Below, one piece after another: positions 28,505 to 45,216 of a stretch of 64,000 nucleotides of DNA. This stretch comes from Catajapyx aquilonaris (lineage: Eukaryota), in contig KZ537961.1 in NCBI GenBank assembly GCA_000934665.2, positions 62,001-126,000 of the forward strand. Direction: 5' to 3'. The position numbers and the translations under genes were made by a program. Positions within the stretch are counted from its first letter, which is position 1. Each line of letters starts with the position of its first letter. A model generated the notes under the pieces. That model saw only the letters and a list, made by a program, of their open reading frames with translations, ran no database searches and was not told the origin of the DNA.

Positions 28505-30188
28505 TAAGACTAATGTCACAATCTATAGTGTATATAGCAGCTGCAATTTTGGACTCTGATTATGATTAATCTGGACACTGCAAGAAATATCTCAATAACA
28601 TCATTGACTTGCCTACTATGCTGTACTGCTGTAATAGTATTACAAAAGAATGGTTCCTATTGACCATTACTTTTGTGCCATCAGGTTTTTTTATTTAATT
28701 TTACAAAACTTGCCATTTTTAAAGTTTGACCTTATACCTTCCTGCCATCAACCCCCACAGAAAGAGGTGCATCTTTCCTTTCCCTTGTCAACCTGTCACC
28801 GTTAGCGTTCTCTCCCATGTCACATGTTGCTGCCTGCTCTTTAATTATTTCCTGACCCCTGTGACCTCTCATCTACTTCTTCATACACTGAGGCTGCTAC
28901 CTACATGTGAAAGGCCAAACTTATGCTTATATTCTGTAAGTTATATCTTGCATGCCTGGTAATGAACTCGACTATATGAATATGGAACACTTCTGATGAG
29001 AAAACTGTATGGCCTGATCAACATAAATTATTGTGTATTTTGTATCCGTGTCGGTGTCATCAAAGTGTTGGAAGTGTGCATGTAGGACTCCTTCAAATCT
29101 GAAGATTTTTTAACACTCATAAGATCAAGAAGGCTAAGCGAGTGTGCTAATACGATCTGCCGGTATAAGAATATCATCCATAGGCCTACTTGCCAATATC
29201 AACTGGCAGACAATAAAATATGGACAATATTTTACATATTCAACTGTGCACGAGTTTACCAGTGCTGTAAGTAGCAATACACGATTTGCATAAAAATACG
29301 GAAGCCAATTGGCCCTGCCGCCCCTCATAAGAGATGAGTGCTTCTCCCGCATCATGTCTCCTGCCGCTGGTCAAAGGGTCAAAGGCTCGCTTCATCCAGA
29401 CTGTCATGACCATTCTACTCCTCCTGGTGGTGACCAATATAGATATGTGAGGCGATGACATGTAATTGAAGTGCCTCTGTGCCAAGACTGTTTATCATTT
29501 GTGAAGATGCATGCAGGAATGCATCCGACACTTGCATAGGATGACAGAGATGCAATAGCAAAAGGTATGTGGTGGATCTGGTCAACCTCTATACAGTGGA
29601 CGTCATACCATCTTTTGTGGCGTCACACTGCTTATCAGATTTTAACTTTTGGTGTCACTATAGATGTGATAAATAGAAAATCTCATTGCATAACCTGGCA
29701 GGTGTTTCTCTTATTTCAGTCCTTTCAACTTTTCAAAATGGCTACTGTCACTATAGTTGTTAATAAATTATTTATACAAATTGCTATGTAGCGTTATTTT
29801 TAAACAGGAAAACTGCGACCAAGAGAAGATGGGCTACTTCTTCAAATATCGGAATACCTGATATTGCCAACACCACCTCAGGAGTTTGACCTAACATTGT
29901 CCAAGCTTTAATACAAGTACCACATAATAATACCGAACTGAAATCGTAATAAATAATACCAAAAATACCATATTTTGTCTGTAAAATATGTTTCAATATT
30001 TTCGACATCCATCCTGGCTCTCTCGTAAGGACAGTTGCACCTACTGCGTATTATCTACACACATCACCGGAACAAAATCAAAATTATCATGATTATCAAC
30101 ATCATCAAGTATAATTTATTATATAACCTCTCACAGAGTTTGCAGTAGTCTACCCTGCCTGCAGGAGCTAGGGATCCTCTTACCATAT

Positions 30189-32565
<2,377 letters not shown>

Positions 32566-33266
32566 GGTGATTTACAGCTCAGTATGCGAAAACACCCCAC
32601 GCCTAACAGCTGAAGCTTTATATATACACACATGAAGTGCGTGATGTTCCCAATATGCCATTGACACATCATTAGCCATTTTGATAGGGTGCGAATGATG
32701 CATAAATTATTAAAAGTCGTGAATTGCACCTACGGTCAATTTGCACCTGCTGATGTGTCGGCCCAGGGGGTGTAAGTAATACGTGATTAGAGGCTTTGTC
32801 GCTGTTACTGGAAGCCGCATTGATGCATCCTAATGGGCGACCTTTGACACGATGGTACTGGTGCCCTCTTTTATTGAACAGTTATGGCCTCATTGCCCAA
32901 ATGCAATCAAATGATCACGGATTGCATTTAATTCTGATTTCACGCATGTCACATCATAATATTAATAAAATTTATCAACAACAAGTGGCACGAGGCACTT
33001 GTAGAACAGAGCTCTATGCAATCATAGACTATGAAAGAAGCAGGTAATCAGCAGCTATGCTCCTGTGGTGGATTAACCCGGTTGTTGGCTGACATATTTT
33101 GATCGTCCATGAAAGATTGTTCATTAATTTTTTGCTAGGCAGTTCTTTATTAATTAACAGCATCTGTAATCGCCATATCATGTCTGTATTATAACTAAAA
33201 GAACCGTAAGACACTTGATTAGCAGGAACATCCACTGATGTTAAGCCATGGTTTTGTCTTTAAGTG

Positions 33267-34917
33267 TCATGTCTGTTTGTATGTTAAGCAGAATCCAACG
33301 TTGCCCATATCGCCATGGATCGTTTCCTGGTCGTCTGTTTCAACATTAATAAGGAATGGTGTTGTGGCAGCTGAAAAGTAACACATTAGTAAGTTGATCG
33401 AAAGTGTTACTTGCAACTTACTTGTAATCGGTACGTTCTTGAAATCAGCACTTGCAGCATTTTCCGGATTCATAATAGTGCCGCAAAAGACATTGTCAGC
33501 ATACACACCAGGTTTATACATGGTTCTTCCCAATATTTGAATATAATCCTGCTCACAAAATATGTCGTGATAAATGAACGATGGCGGTACTGTTGCATCA
33601 GCAGACATGGAGAAGGATTGCACATTCTGACTGCATACTTCCCACTGCGGTAGAACAAATTAAGGTGTAATAAGCAGTTGTTTCCAAAACGACCTAAGTC
33701 CAATGAGCCAACTTTTGAGAAAATCATTACACTTCACATACGGTACCGTAATATCGCTTTTTCCAAGCTCCTGTCTGACACACACAGTGTACTTCAAATT
33801 AGCCAAGTGTGGGGGTTGTTTAGGATTGTAGCCAAGTATTTCCACCCTTCCAGCACTGCTACCGTAGTAATACTGCCTGCACCCATGTGGAGCTATTCAT
33901 TAGAAACCATGATCATATGAAATGTTGAGCATTTTAGCTACTAGTGACGTACCGGTACTGTACCTTTAAGAGATGAAGTGCACTCTATCATTTGAATCCT
34001 AGTTTTCCACATTTTAGGACCTGTTCCCATATAGCTAAGTTTTATGTAGTCGCTTCCATCAAAATCAACATACACTAGAAAAAAACAGGTGCATTAAAAC
34101 ACACACGACTGAATACAAAATGACTTACTGTGCTGTCCGCGGAATTGTCCACATAGATCGGGTGATTGATTATAATTGGAATTACCAGGCACAGTTACAG
34201 CAAAACGAGCATTTTCGCAGACACCCTCCTTGCTCGGATAGGGTAAATAAAATTCATCAAAATCTAGACGAATTTGGCAAATACCTGGCAGCTGAAATTT
34301 TGGCAATATTAGCACACGCATGGTATCAAAATGTGTAGGGGAAGGAGGCAACTAACCTTTCTAACAGTAACAGCACACTCGCCACTCCCAGTTGTTGGTG
34401 AAGGATAATCCTGATTTTGAAAATAAGTGTCGTTTAGTACCACTTGATCGTTGCATGTCACCATTCCTGGCAGTAAAAACGTGATTAATTTAATTTGGTT
34501 ATATTGTCACCATGTTGTCACATTAGCCTACTGACCAACGCAGCACACTCCGTAATTTTTTGCGCACTTTCCGCTTGCAACTCCGCCTCTTCTGCTACAT
34601 TCATAGCTACTCCAAAAATAATGAGTCATCACTATCTAATTAAGTAAATATTTCAAAAATTCCTCACCTTGAGTAGCAAGTTCCATAATACCCCCTGGAA
34701 GCACTATGACAAGGACCAGCCACAATGGTCACAATGTAAGGAAACACTACAGACATCAATAATATTAATTAATAAAATCACAGCCTTTTATGCTTAAATG
34801 AGAAGAAAAGCATGGCTTACACAGTTTTTCTTTCCTTGTCTTTTGTACAGATCTGAAACACCAAGAACTACCCAATATCACGAAAACAGACACGAACAAG
34901 AGGCAAAGTTTGGCCAT
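33267..34917 (-). CDS. G11: secreted CUB-domain-like protein, 9 exons
   Basis: MAKLCLLFVSVFVILGSSWC..KTRKEKL / LFPYIVTIVAGPCHSASRGYYGTCYS / YECSRRGGVASGKCAKNYGVCC ... NVGFCLTYKQT*; TATA at about 34975-34983. Confidence 0.85.
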
Positions 34918-35389
34918 GGCGATCAAGTTCTCGCAAGATAATAAGAGTGCATCAACCTGAGCAGATGCCTTATGTTATATATAGCACTGCATTGTCCTAA
35001 CAGATCATCAGTAATATATTTTTTTGCATCATTCGACTGTCCATAAATTATCAATCAAGACTGACGCCCACAGGAAGGATGCAGCAATGCACTAATTGCG
35101 AGGTCTCAATATACAGAAGCCAATGACGTAGGGTTGAAAACATATTTGTTATCATCGCATGCCAATGTCTCACATGTTCCGTTGTCCAGCACAGGTGTAA
35201 TCAACGAAGCCAAAAAGTGATGAATGTTTACTCACTTTATGAAAAATATTTTTCAGTTTCTGCATTTTGCATGTGACCACTAATGGCACACATGCTACTA
35301 AAAAACAGATCACTCACAAGTGCTGCTTATTGATGCCGAATAATATGGGATTTGAATCACTAATAGAATAAGTAAATGTTTCAAAATTT

Positions 35390-35625
35390 CTTACCTAGAG
35401 TACCAAGTGCTGTAATGTCTCCTGGACTGTGGTCACAATGAAACACTACCGATGTCAGTAGTTAGTTAGAAAAATCACTGCCTTTTAGAGGTAAAAAATT
35501 ATTATAGTCCTTTGTAGACAATGAGCCAATAATGAGAGGCAAAATGTAGCCAAGCGATCGAATGCCTCGCACGACACTAATGACACTGCATCAACCTACA
35601 GAGAGGGTGTTGTATATATAGCATT
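35390..35625 (-). pseudogene. Relic R1: decayed promoter, exon 1 and exon 2 of a G11-like copy
   Basis: Degenerate matches to G11 5' region (TGCATCAACCT, TATATATAGCA, GGTCACAATG..AAACACTAC, CTTACCT..GAGTA.CAAGT); no start codon or open frame. Confidence 0.6.
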
Positions 35626-35989
35626 TGTACTGTATGTGATCCCAAAGGTCATAATTTTTCCTTATTGCATAAATTAGCAATAATGATTGACGTCTACACT
35701 AAGAATGCATCAAGCTGCAAGGAGCCTACATATAGCCAAGGCAATAGCACATGTCATATGATGAGATTAATTGACAGTTTGACGCTCTGCTAAATATAAT
35801 TTTTGACCAAGAGTTAACACGTGCTGCATGACCACATTTGTAATCAAGAAGGTCATTCCAGGCAATGATTAATTTGCTCGAATTTGCTTTACTTTATGAG
35901 GAACATCTTCAGGTCATTAATAAGCTGTAGGCCGTACGGTGCGAGATGAGTTTCCATGACAGTCGGCTTTTAATAATATATGTAGATAC

Positions 35990-37202
35990 CGTGATGCTGT
36001 TCTTTCCAACCTCCCTCCTGACGCAAAGTGTGTATTGCAGATTGGCCAGGTGTGGTGGCATACTCGGATTGTAGCCAAGTATTTCCACCTGCCCAGCACC
36101 ACTGTTACCAAAATAATATTGCAGGCAACCATCCGGAGCTAGGGTGTGCATTAATTATTAATGCACGACATAAAAATATCCCTCACTTTTACACAAGTAA
36201 GCAAAGAAATAAACATACCTTTGACTAACTAATTGCATTCAATCATTTGAATCCGAATTCTCCATGTTTGTGGACCTGCTCCAAGAAATTCTAGCCAAAT
36301 GTGTCTGTTTCCTTCAACATTCACATACACTGTAATATAACAATGCTACATCAAAGTTTGTTCTCCACAACTGGCAAATCGGGAAAGACCAAACGCGTAT
36401 TAACTTGGTATTAACTTACTGTGCTGGTTGTTCCATTTTCCACACAAGACTGGCAGTTTAACAGTGAAACTTTTTTTAGATATGTTACAGTAAAAGTATC
36501 ATTATTGCACACGCCATTAATATCGGGATCTGGCAAGTTAAATTCCTCAAAGTCTAGTCGAATTTGGCAGATGCCAGGTTTCTGGAGATAATTAAGAGTA
36601 GTTTTTAGATTTTTTATTAGGGAATGGTGCATATTATTTGTGGAGTTTCTTTAAAACTTACTGCATGGACCATGATTGGGCAAGCGCTTCCTTTAGTTTC
36701 TTCAGAATATGCTGATGGATAGTTCGGATTTTGAAAATAAGTGTTGTTGTGCCTCGCTTCCTTGCCACATTCCACTCTACCTAAAAATTGACATAAAATA
36801 AATAAGGCATATTGCAAATCGGGAAGGGCTTTACAAATAAGGACGTGGCACCAGGAGTAATGCATTAAAATGTTTGTGTAATGATTACATTATTTATTGC
36901 TATTTCAATAATATTGTACACTGTGATATTATAAACAACTCTGAAAATATTGTTCAGTTTATAATATTTTTTCAACCAGACAATGGATATTACTTGTGCT
37001 GCAATAGTATGGCTTTTAGAAATGTCAACAATGAATTTAAGAATTAAAGCTTGGGACGCGAATGCCTTTCTTTGGTTGCATCAATAATATACTTACGTTC
37101 CCTTGCTGTCGCTCTTGTGTCACGGCCGGACACACTATGACTGGCCAAAGTAATAGTCAAAAGCCCCACAATGGCTGGTCCTCCCAGACTAGTAGACCTC
37201 AT
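35990..37202 (-). pseudogene. G12: 3'-truncated, frameshifted copy of the module-less (G6/G8) type
   Basis: MRSTSLGGPAIVGLL..; exon 5 shifts frame at an A7 run (36471-36477; A8 in the G8 counterpart); exons 8-9 not found after the exon 7 donor. Confidence 0.75.
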
Positions 37203-37872
37203 TGTCAAAAAGGTGTTTCGTGAGATTAGTGTTCTGCAGTATCTGCTGAAGTGGTGGTTCAGTCGTTTATATACAGTCTCCAAAAGGTGCAAATGCAATA
37301 TAATATGCATCAGGAAGGCGTCAGAATTGGAGCACATTCAAGATGCAGGCTTACTTTGCATTGAATCGGAATTTTTTATTTGTGACACAGCCTTTGACGT
37401 ATAGGGTTATGCAGTTGTATATCACTCACAACAGTGAATACTTCCAGCCAATAATATTGTGTCAGAGTCATCATTATTTTATCATTCATAACGTACTGCT
37501 TAAAACGTGATTATAATCTAATGTTCCATAATATACCATACGTCCATACCGGAGTGATGTCACATGCCTGTAATTATCTGTTACATTGTTGATGTTGATG
37601 ACAGTCGTTGTCAGCACTATTCTAGGGTTGTCACTATGCAGTATTTTCATCTCACTCTCATACACGCAGGAGGTAATGGAGAAATATTTGTAAATGAACA
37701 AAAAAAATTGTCATTAAAAATTCAAACTGTCTGAATTTTTACATGTGGTATATGAATTATTGCACTGCTCGTATCTCACCATGTAATTATTATGCATAAT
37801 TTATTATAATCTTGCAGAAAGTACAGTATATACATGAAGTGGGCAGTGGTGAGGAGTGGTTCAGTGCAGGGG

Positions 37873-39562
37873 TCATCCCTGCCTGTATGTCAAGCAGAAT
37901 CCAATGTTGTCTACATCATCTGGGGCTTCCACAGCGTCTGTTTCCACATGAATGACGAATGGTTTGGCAAAAGCTGAAAGTACAATAATATTGTAAGCTT
38001 ATGTCCAATTACGTAAAATGTGCATCAGACACTTACTTGTAATGGGCTGGTTCGTGGAAGGAGGAGGATTGGCCTGCAGGCGATTGAGAGCAGTCCCGCA
38101 GAAAACGTTATCCGAATAACCAGCAGGACCCATGCTAGAAGGAAGTTCAGCTCTTCCCAACATCTGAATGTAAGCATTCATGCAGAAAGGGGTGTCTTGT
38201 AAAGCTTGGGCAGGCATGGTGGCATCTTCACTCATAGAGAAGGATTTTGCATCGCACACTTCCCACTGCCAAAAAAATCAAAACACGAGTGCGTGGGTGT
38301 TGCGAATAAACCATTTCGCAATGAAATGGGTGTGACCTGTACTGTACATACCGTAATGCTGTTCCTTCGAACTTCTCTTCTAACGCACAAAGTGTAATTC
38401 AAATTAGCCAAATGTGGTGGTTGTTTAGAGTTATAGCCAAGTATTTCCACTCGTCCCATACCACCATTGTCATAATAATACTGCAGACAACCATCGGGAG
38501 CTACGTACGTAATAATATTGTTAATACATCAGCAATTCATTTCCCAGAACAGGTTTGCACATTCTCCTCCTCTCCGTACAGTAAACGTTACTGATGACGC
38601 TGTACCTCTAAGTAATGAAGTGCACTCGATCATTTGAATCCTAGTCCTCCATGATTTTGTACCCATCCCCATGTAGTTTAGTCGTATGTAGTCACTTCCA
38701 TCAAAATTCACATACACTAAAATGTAACAAAGGAACACATTATATTACGTGACAGAATAATATTGAAGTACGAGTGACTTACTATGTTGGTTGCTGAATT
38801 GTCCACAAAGCTGAGGTATTCCTGCCTGACTATAGTAATTATTATCCGTCACAGTAAAGCGTGCGTCTTTGCACACACCGTTATCATCTGGTGGTGGCAA
38901 GTTGAAGTCGATAAAATCTATGCGAATTTGGCATATGTTTGGTTGCTGAAATTTTAGCAATAACTTCCTTAAACATCATGTAGCACAATGTAGCATGTGA
39001 AAACTCACCCTTCTGACAGTCACAGCACAGTCACCACCGCCCATCATTGACGGATAATTCGGATTTTGAAAGTACGTGTCGTTAAGCACCACTTGCTCAT
39101 TGCATGTCACCATACCTGACAATATTGAAAATGCGAATGATTGTTCCATCTCATCAGTATATGACAGAGCGTCCCAAGAATGGTTACTGACCTACGCAAC
39201 AGACGCCATAATTTTTCGCGCACATTCCACTTGCAAACCCGCCTCTTCTCTTACACTCATAACTGCAACAAATTACGGAAGTTATTATTCGCTTATTGAA
39301 TGAGTCTTCACAAAATTACTCACCTGGAATAGCAAGTTCCATAGTATTCTCCAGCAGCATTACGACACGGGCCGGCGACAATATTCACAATATAAGGAAA
39401 CACTGCCAATAAAATTAATTAAAGCTATACATAATGCCATCATAATATAATAAAAACTTGACTTACGGAATTTTCCTCTTCTCGTCTTTTGTACAGATCT
39501 GAGACACGAAGCACCAGCAATATTGCGAAAAGAGCCACGACTGAGATGCAAAGTTTGGCCAT
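37873..39562 (-). pseudogene. G13: near-complete copy with 1-nt deletion in exon 1 (pseudogene, null allele or assembly error)
   Basis: GCAATATTG-CTGGTGCT near 39518 versus GCAATATTGGCTGGTGCT in G14; shifted frame stops early in exon 2; remaining exons look open. Confidence 0.6.
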
Positions 39563-41128
39563 GGCGATTGCGGGCCTCTGACAGACATCTATCATGCAAC
39601 AGGTAGGCCTATACCTTTTATACATGTCACTGCATCGTCTCAATAGGTCATAGTCATTCATAATGCAATTTTTTTGTTGCATTCGAATTGTGCATATAAT
39701 TAGCAATCACGATTGACATCCACAGCGAAGAATGACATTCGCACTGCAAGGGGTATATGCACATTGTACAGAAGGAACCACTAGTGATCAATGGTCCAAG
39801 ACAGAACTAGCAATAGCAGTCTTCATACTACTTATTAATGGTCAGTTTGTCATTCCGCTAACAATAAAATTAGTACCGAAGACGAATCATATTAATTGAT
39901 GCACTTGTCAACCTTTGACATAGAGGTTATGACACACTTCATCGAGTAATATAGGCTCCAATGCACTGGCCTACAGGTCTTAAGTCTCCGATGGTCCCAG
40001 CAAAAATGGCGGATTAGTCCTGTTGCACACATATTATAACTATATCAAAGAGAATAAATAATCGAATAGCAGCAAGAACTTTTAATAGTTATGCTACCTT
40101 TCTGGTGGCATAGTACCTTAGCCTCACTCCAAGACCACCCTCTTCTGCCCGGATCTACGATGACCTCTCTTATTGACCATTGAAATTACAATTTCGCTCC
40201 AGGACTGGAGCAAATACTGAGGGACATAATATTACTACGTGTTTTCCATAATTATATAACTACTGCATAATTATAATATTATGACCTGATTATTTTAACT
40301 TCTACCTATAACATCGCATTCGTACAGTCAGCGACAGTCTTATTAGTTGCACATGCACCTGCAAATGTGTGAACCCGGTTATGGCCTGACACATTTTGGA
40401 AGTGAATGAAAGGATGGTTATTAATGCCGTGCTTAGACAAGGTCCTTATTAATGAACAGCCCTACTGACCACACATCACAACGTTGCTTCTTCTTCTGTG
40501 AATGCGGATAGGAAATCCGTAATGCCACACATAACCATTTCTCATCACATTTGCATTTGAGAATATCTTTGATGATGGTGTTCCGGATAAGGGGTTTACA
40601 AAGCAAAGCTAGACTTTTACAGGAGGGATGAATGTGTCACAAACTAAGGTTGACGTATTCATGTCAGAGTCATACTGACAGTATTGTCAAATCTGGACTC
40701 CAAGGAGTCACTTTATGTGCAGATGTTATTTGGCCTCGGCAACTCATTCGTCATACAATAGACTTCAAACATTGTAAGTGTAAATTATTCTGACCGGTAC
40801 GCGTGCCATGACAGGCGTAGCAGGCAGTCCTCCGAGGGGGTGGAAATGTCTCTGACTGTATCTGTCTCGTAGGAGATTGCGTAATAAATTGCTCATGTAT
40901 TAACTGACATTACCCTGAGTAATGAGGCTGCGAAGTCCAGTCCACATCATTAAACATGTGATTCTTTGATGACAAATTAATACCATGTTACATAATTATT
41001 AAACTGAATTATTTCACCCCTTCGATTCTCTAACGTTAAGCCCCATTATTGCGTATAATTTATTATGATATTGCAGAAGGTACAGTTTGCATAAAGAGTG
41101 CAGTAGTGAGGCGGAGTTCAATGCAGGG

Positions 41129-42824
41129 TCATCCCTGCCTGTATGTCAAGCAGAATCCAACGTTCATCACATCATTAGATGGTCCATTTGGGTCTTCCAC
41201 AGCGTCTGTTTCCACATGAATGACGAATGGTTTGGCAGAAGCTGAAAGTAAAATAACAATATTGTAAGCTTCTGCCCGATTATGTTGAGATGTCAGACAC
41301 TTACTTGTGATGGGCTGGTTCATGGAAGGAGGAGGATTGGCCTGCAGGCGACTGAGAGCAGTCCCGCAGAAAACGTTATCCGAATAACCAGGACCCATGC
41401 TAGAAGGAAGTTCAGCTCTTCCCAACATCTGAATGTAATCATTCATGCAGAAAGGGGTGTCTTGAAAAGCTTCGGCAGGCATGGTGGCATCACCACTCAT
41501 GGAGAAGGATTTTGCATCGCACACTTCCCACTGCCAAAAAAATCAAAACACGAGTGCGTGGGTGTTGCGAATAAACAATTTCGCAATAAAATGGGTGGAC
41601 CTGTACAGTACATACCGTAATGCTGTCCCTTCGAACTTCTCTTCTGACGCACAAAGTATAATTCAAATTAGCCAAATGTGGTGGTTGTTTAGAGTTGTAG
41701 CCAAGTATTTCAACTTGTCCCATACCACCATTGTCATAATAATACTGCAGACAACCATCGGGAGCTACGTACGTAATAATATTGTTAATACATCAGCATT
41801 CATTTCCCAGAACAGGTTTCCACATTCTCCTCCTCTCAGTACAGTAAACGTTACTGATGACGCTGTACCTCTAAGTAATGAAGTGCATTCGATCATTTGA
41901 ATCCTAGTCCTCCATGATTTTGTGCCCATCCCCATGTAGTTTAGTCGTATGTAGTCACTTCCATCAAAATTCACATACACTAAAATGTAACAAAGGAACA
42001 CATTATACCACGTGACAGAATAATATTGAAGTACGAGTGACTTACTATGTTGGTTGCTGAATTGTCCACAAGGCTGAGGTAGTCCTGTCTGACTATAGTA
42101 ATTATTATCAGTCACAGTAAAGCGTGCGTCTTTGCACACACCGTTATCATCTGGTTTTGGCAAGTTGAAGTCGATAAAATCTATGCGAATTTGGCATATG
42201 TTTGGTTGCTGAAATTTTAGCAATAGCTTCTTTAAATATCATGTGGCACAGTAGAGCATGTGAAAACTCACCCTTCTGACAGTCACAGCACAGTCACCAC
42301 CGCCCATCATTGATGACGGATAATTCGGATTTTGGAAGTAAGTGTCGTTAAGCACCACTTGATCATTACATGTCACCATACCTGACAATATTGAAAATAT
42401 CGTGAAGGGTTCCATCTCTGACTGAGTGTCACAATAATAGTTACTGACCTACGCAGCAGACGCCGTAATTTTTCGCACACATTCCATTTGCAAACCCGCC
42501 TCTTTTCTTACATTCATAACTGTAAATATAATTCTGACAGTAATAATTATTCGCTGGTTACGTCTTTACAAAATTACTCACCTGGAATAGCAAGTTCCGT
42601 AGTATCCGCCAGCATTATGACATGGACCAGCGACAATATTCACAATGTATGGAAACACTGCCAATAAATTAAATCAAAATTAAAACTATTTTCTAATCAA
42701 ACGTCGTCATAATAAATTCAGACTTACGGAGTTTTCCTTTTCTTGTCTTTTGCACAGAATTGAGACAGGAAGCACCAGCCAATATTGCAAAAATGACTAC
42801 GAACAAGAAGCAAAATTTGGCCAT
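41129..42824 (-). CDS. G14: secreted CUB-domain-like protein, 9 exons, close paralog of G13
   Basis: MAKFCFLFVVIFAILAGASC..KTRKGKL / LFPYIVNIVAGPCHNAGGYYGTCYS ... QQPNICQIRIDF ... NVGFCLTYRQG*; TATA at 42882-42888. Confidence 0.85.
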
Positions 42825-43637
42825 ATTGGTCGCAGGCCTCTGATAGCAAAATGAGACTCCATCTACCCTGTGACAGGTACCTTATATACATGGCACTGCA
42901 TTGTCCCAACAGGTCATAGTCATTCATAATATTTTTTTTGTTCGATTCTAATTGTGCATCTAAATTAGCAATCACGATTGACGCCCACGGCCAAGAATCA
43001 CAAACTGCAAGGGACAGTCACATAGAGCACGAGCCAATAACAGTCTTCATTCTAATTATTAATGGTCAGTTTGTCATTCCGCTAAAAATAAATTGATTGG
43101 CACTGAAGAGAAATGCCTCTGTCATTTGGCCATACTGGCAATCAAGAGAAGCTTAGTAGACCAATATTTAAATTTACTCCACTTATAGGAAACATCTTCA
43201 GTCTCCTTGACACCCGGAAGGTATTACGATATTGTAAGTTTGACTGTAATAATGTGGGCCTACCCTGTTCGTATATGTAAGTGCTTTCGTATTCAATTAA
43301 TCCGTAGTCAGCGACTCACTTATATTACCGTAATTAGACGTGCATCTGCTAATGTGTGAACCCGGTTATGGTCTGACACATTTTGGACGCCAATGAAAGG
43401 ATGGTTATTAATGTCGTGCTTAGACAAGTTTTTTATTAATTAATAGCCCTCCTGACCTCACATCACATGAGTTAGTAATAAAATAGCTGCTTCTTCCGTG
43501 ACAGCGATAATAATGTTATAGGCCACAACCTTTTAGTACCAACCACGCTATAATTATAATATATAATTTATTATGGTATTGCAAAAAGTACAGTATACAT
43601 CAAGTGGGCAGTGGTGAGGAGTGGTTCAGTTCAGGGG

Positions 43638-45216
43638 TCATGCCTGCCGGTATGTCAAGCAGAATCCAATGTTGTCTACATCATCTGGGGCTTCCATATC
43701 GTCTGTTTCCACATGAATGACGAATGGTTTGGCAGAAGCTGAAAGTAAAATTATAGTAAGCTTCTGTCCGATTAGGTTGAGATGTCAGACACTTACTTGT
43801 GATGGGTTGGTTCGTGGGAGAGTTCTGCTGGCGACTGAGAGCAGTTCCACAGAAAACGTTATCAGAATAGGCCGTCGCCCCGGCGCCATCAGATATTTCT
43901 GCTCTTCCCAACATTTGAATGTAATCTTTCGTGCAAACCGTGTCTTGTAAAGCTCCAGCCATCATGGCCGGGACATTTTCACTCATGGAGAAGGATCTCG
44001 CATTGCACACTTCCCACTGCCAAAAATATGACATATCCGGTTTTTGATCTGAGGTCTTTAGTATCTTACAGGGTATACATACCGTAATGCTGTCCCTTCC
44101 AACTTCCCTTCTCACGCACAATGTGTACTTCAAATTAGCCAAATGAGGTGGGAGACTAGGATTGTATCCAAGTATTTCAACTTGCCCCGTACCACCACTT
44201 GAGTAATAATACTGCAGACAACCATCCGGAGCTGTTGACAATTGCTTCAGGTGAAACTTCGGACTTATTAATCATATATTGTTGGCTTACCTCTCAACAA
44301 GGAATTGCATTCGATCATTTGAATCCTATTCTTCCACTTCTTTGCATTACTCGTGCCCATGTAATTAAGCGTCATGTAATCACTCCCTTCAAAATCCACA
44401 TACACTGTTTGAAAAAAAAGGCATAAGTTGTCTGTATGTGTACACACTGAATGAAGTTTGAAGTACTTACTGTGCTCATTAGAGAAAGTACCACAAAGTG
44501 TGGGTACTTTGGACCGTGTACTGCCAGGAACGTCCACTGTGAAACTGTCGGTATTGCACACTCCTGTCATAGGGTCAGGTCCACTTATGTCAAAAACTTC
44601 AAAGTCTATTCGAACTTGGCAAATGTTTGGTGGCTGAAATTGTTCAACAGAATCAGTAACAGGTTCACTTAAAATGACAAATGCAAAACCTACCCTCCTG
44701 ATAGTCACAGGACAGTTTGACACACCACTTGCCGATGGATAATCCGGATTTTGAAAGTACGTGTCGTTTAGAAGCACCTGCTCATTACATGTCACCATGC
44801 CTAGACCATACAAAATTATTCACTCCCAAATATTCAGAGCGTAATATTCACATAGATCGTACCTACGCAACAAACACCGTAACCTTTGGCACAACTTCCG
44901 GTTCCAATCCCGCCTCTTCTTCCACACTCATAACTGCAAAATCACCAATTAATATCCGATCCACATATGTAAAGTCATCTACTTACTTGGAATAACAAGT
45001 GCCATAATATCCCATAAAATTCCGGCATGGCCCAGCCGCAATTTTCACGATGTACGGATACACAACTAAACAAAATAATTGTCACAAACGGTCCACAATA
45101 TTAACTAAAAATCACTTACATTTTCCTTTTCTGGACGACGAACGTACCGAAAGGCATGTAACACTGGTCAGAACCACCAAAATAGTACCGACTACAAGAC
45201 AGGCGTGTCTGGACAT
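43638..45216 (-). CDS. G15: secreted CUB-domain-like protein, 9 exons
   Basis: MSRHACLVVGTILVVLTSVTC..SRKGK / FVYPYIVKIAAGPCRNFMGYYGTCYS / YECGRRGGIGTGSCAKGYGVCC / FQNPDYP ... NIGFCLTYRQA*. Confidence 0.85.

Noticed and set aside
28154..28519. GC-rich ORFs of 121 and 81 aa
   Set aside because: Fall within a TIR-bounded MITE; low-complexity, no transposase motifs.
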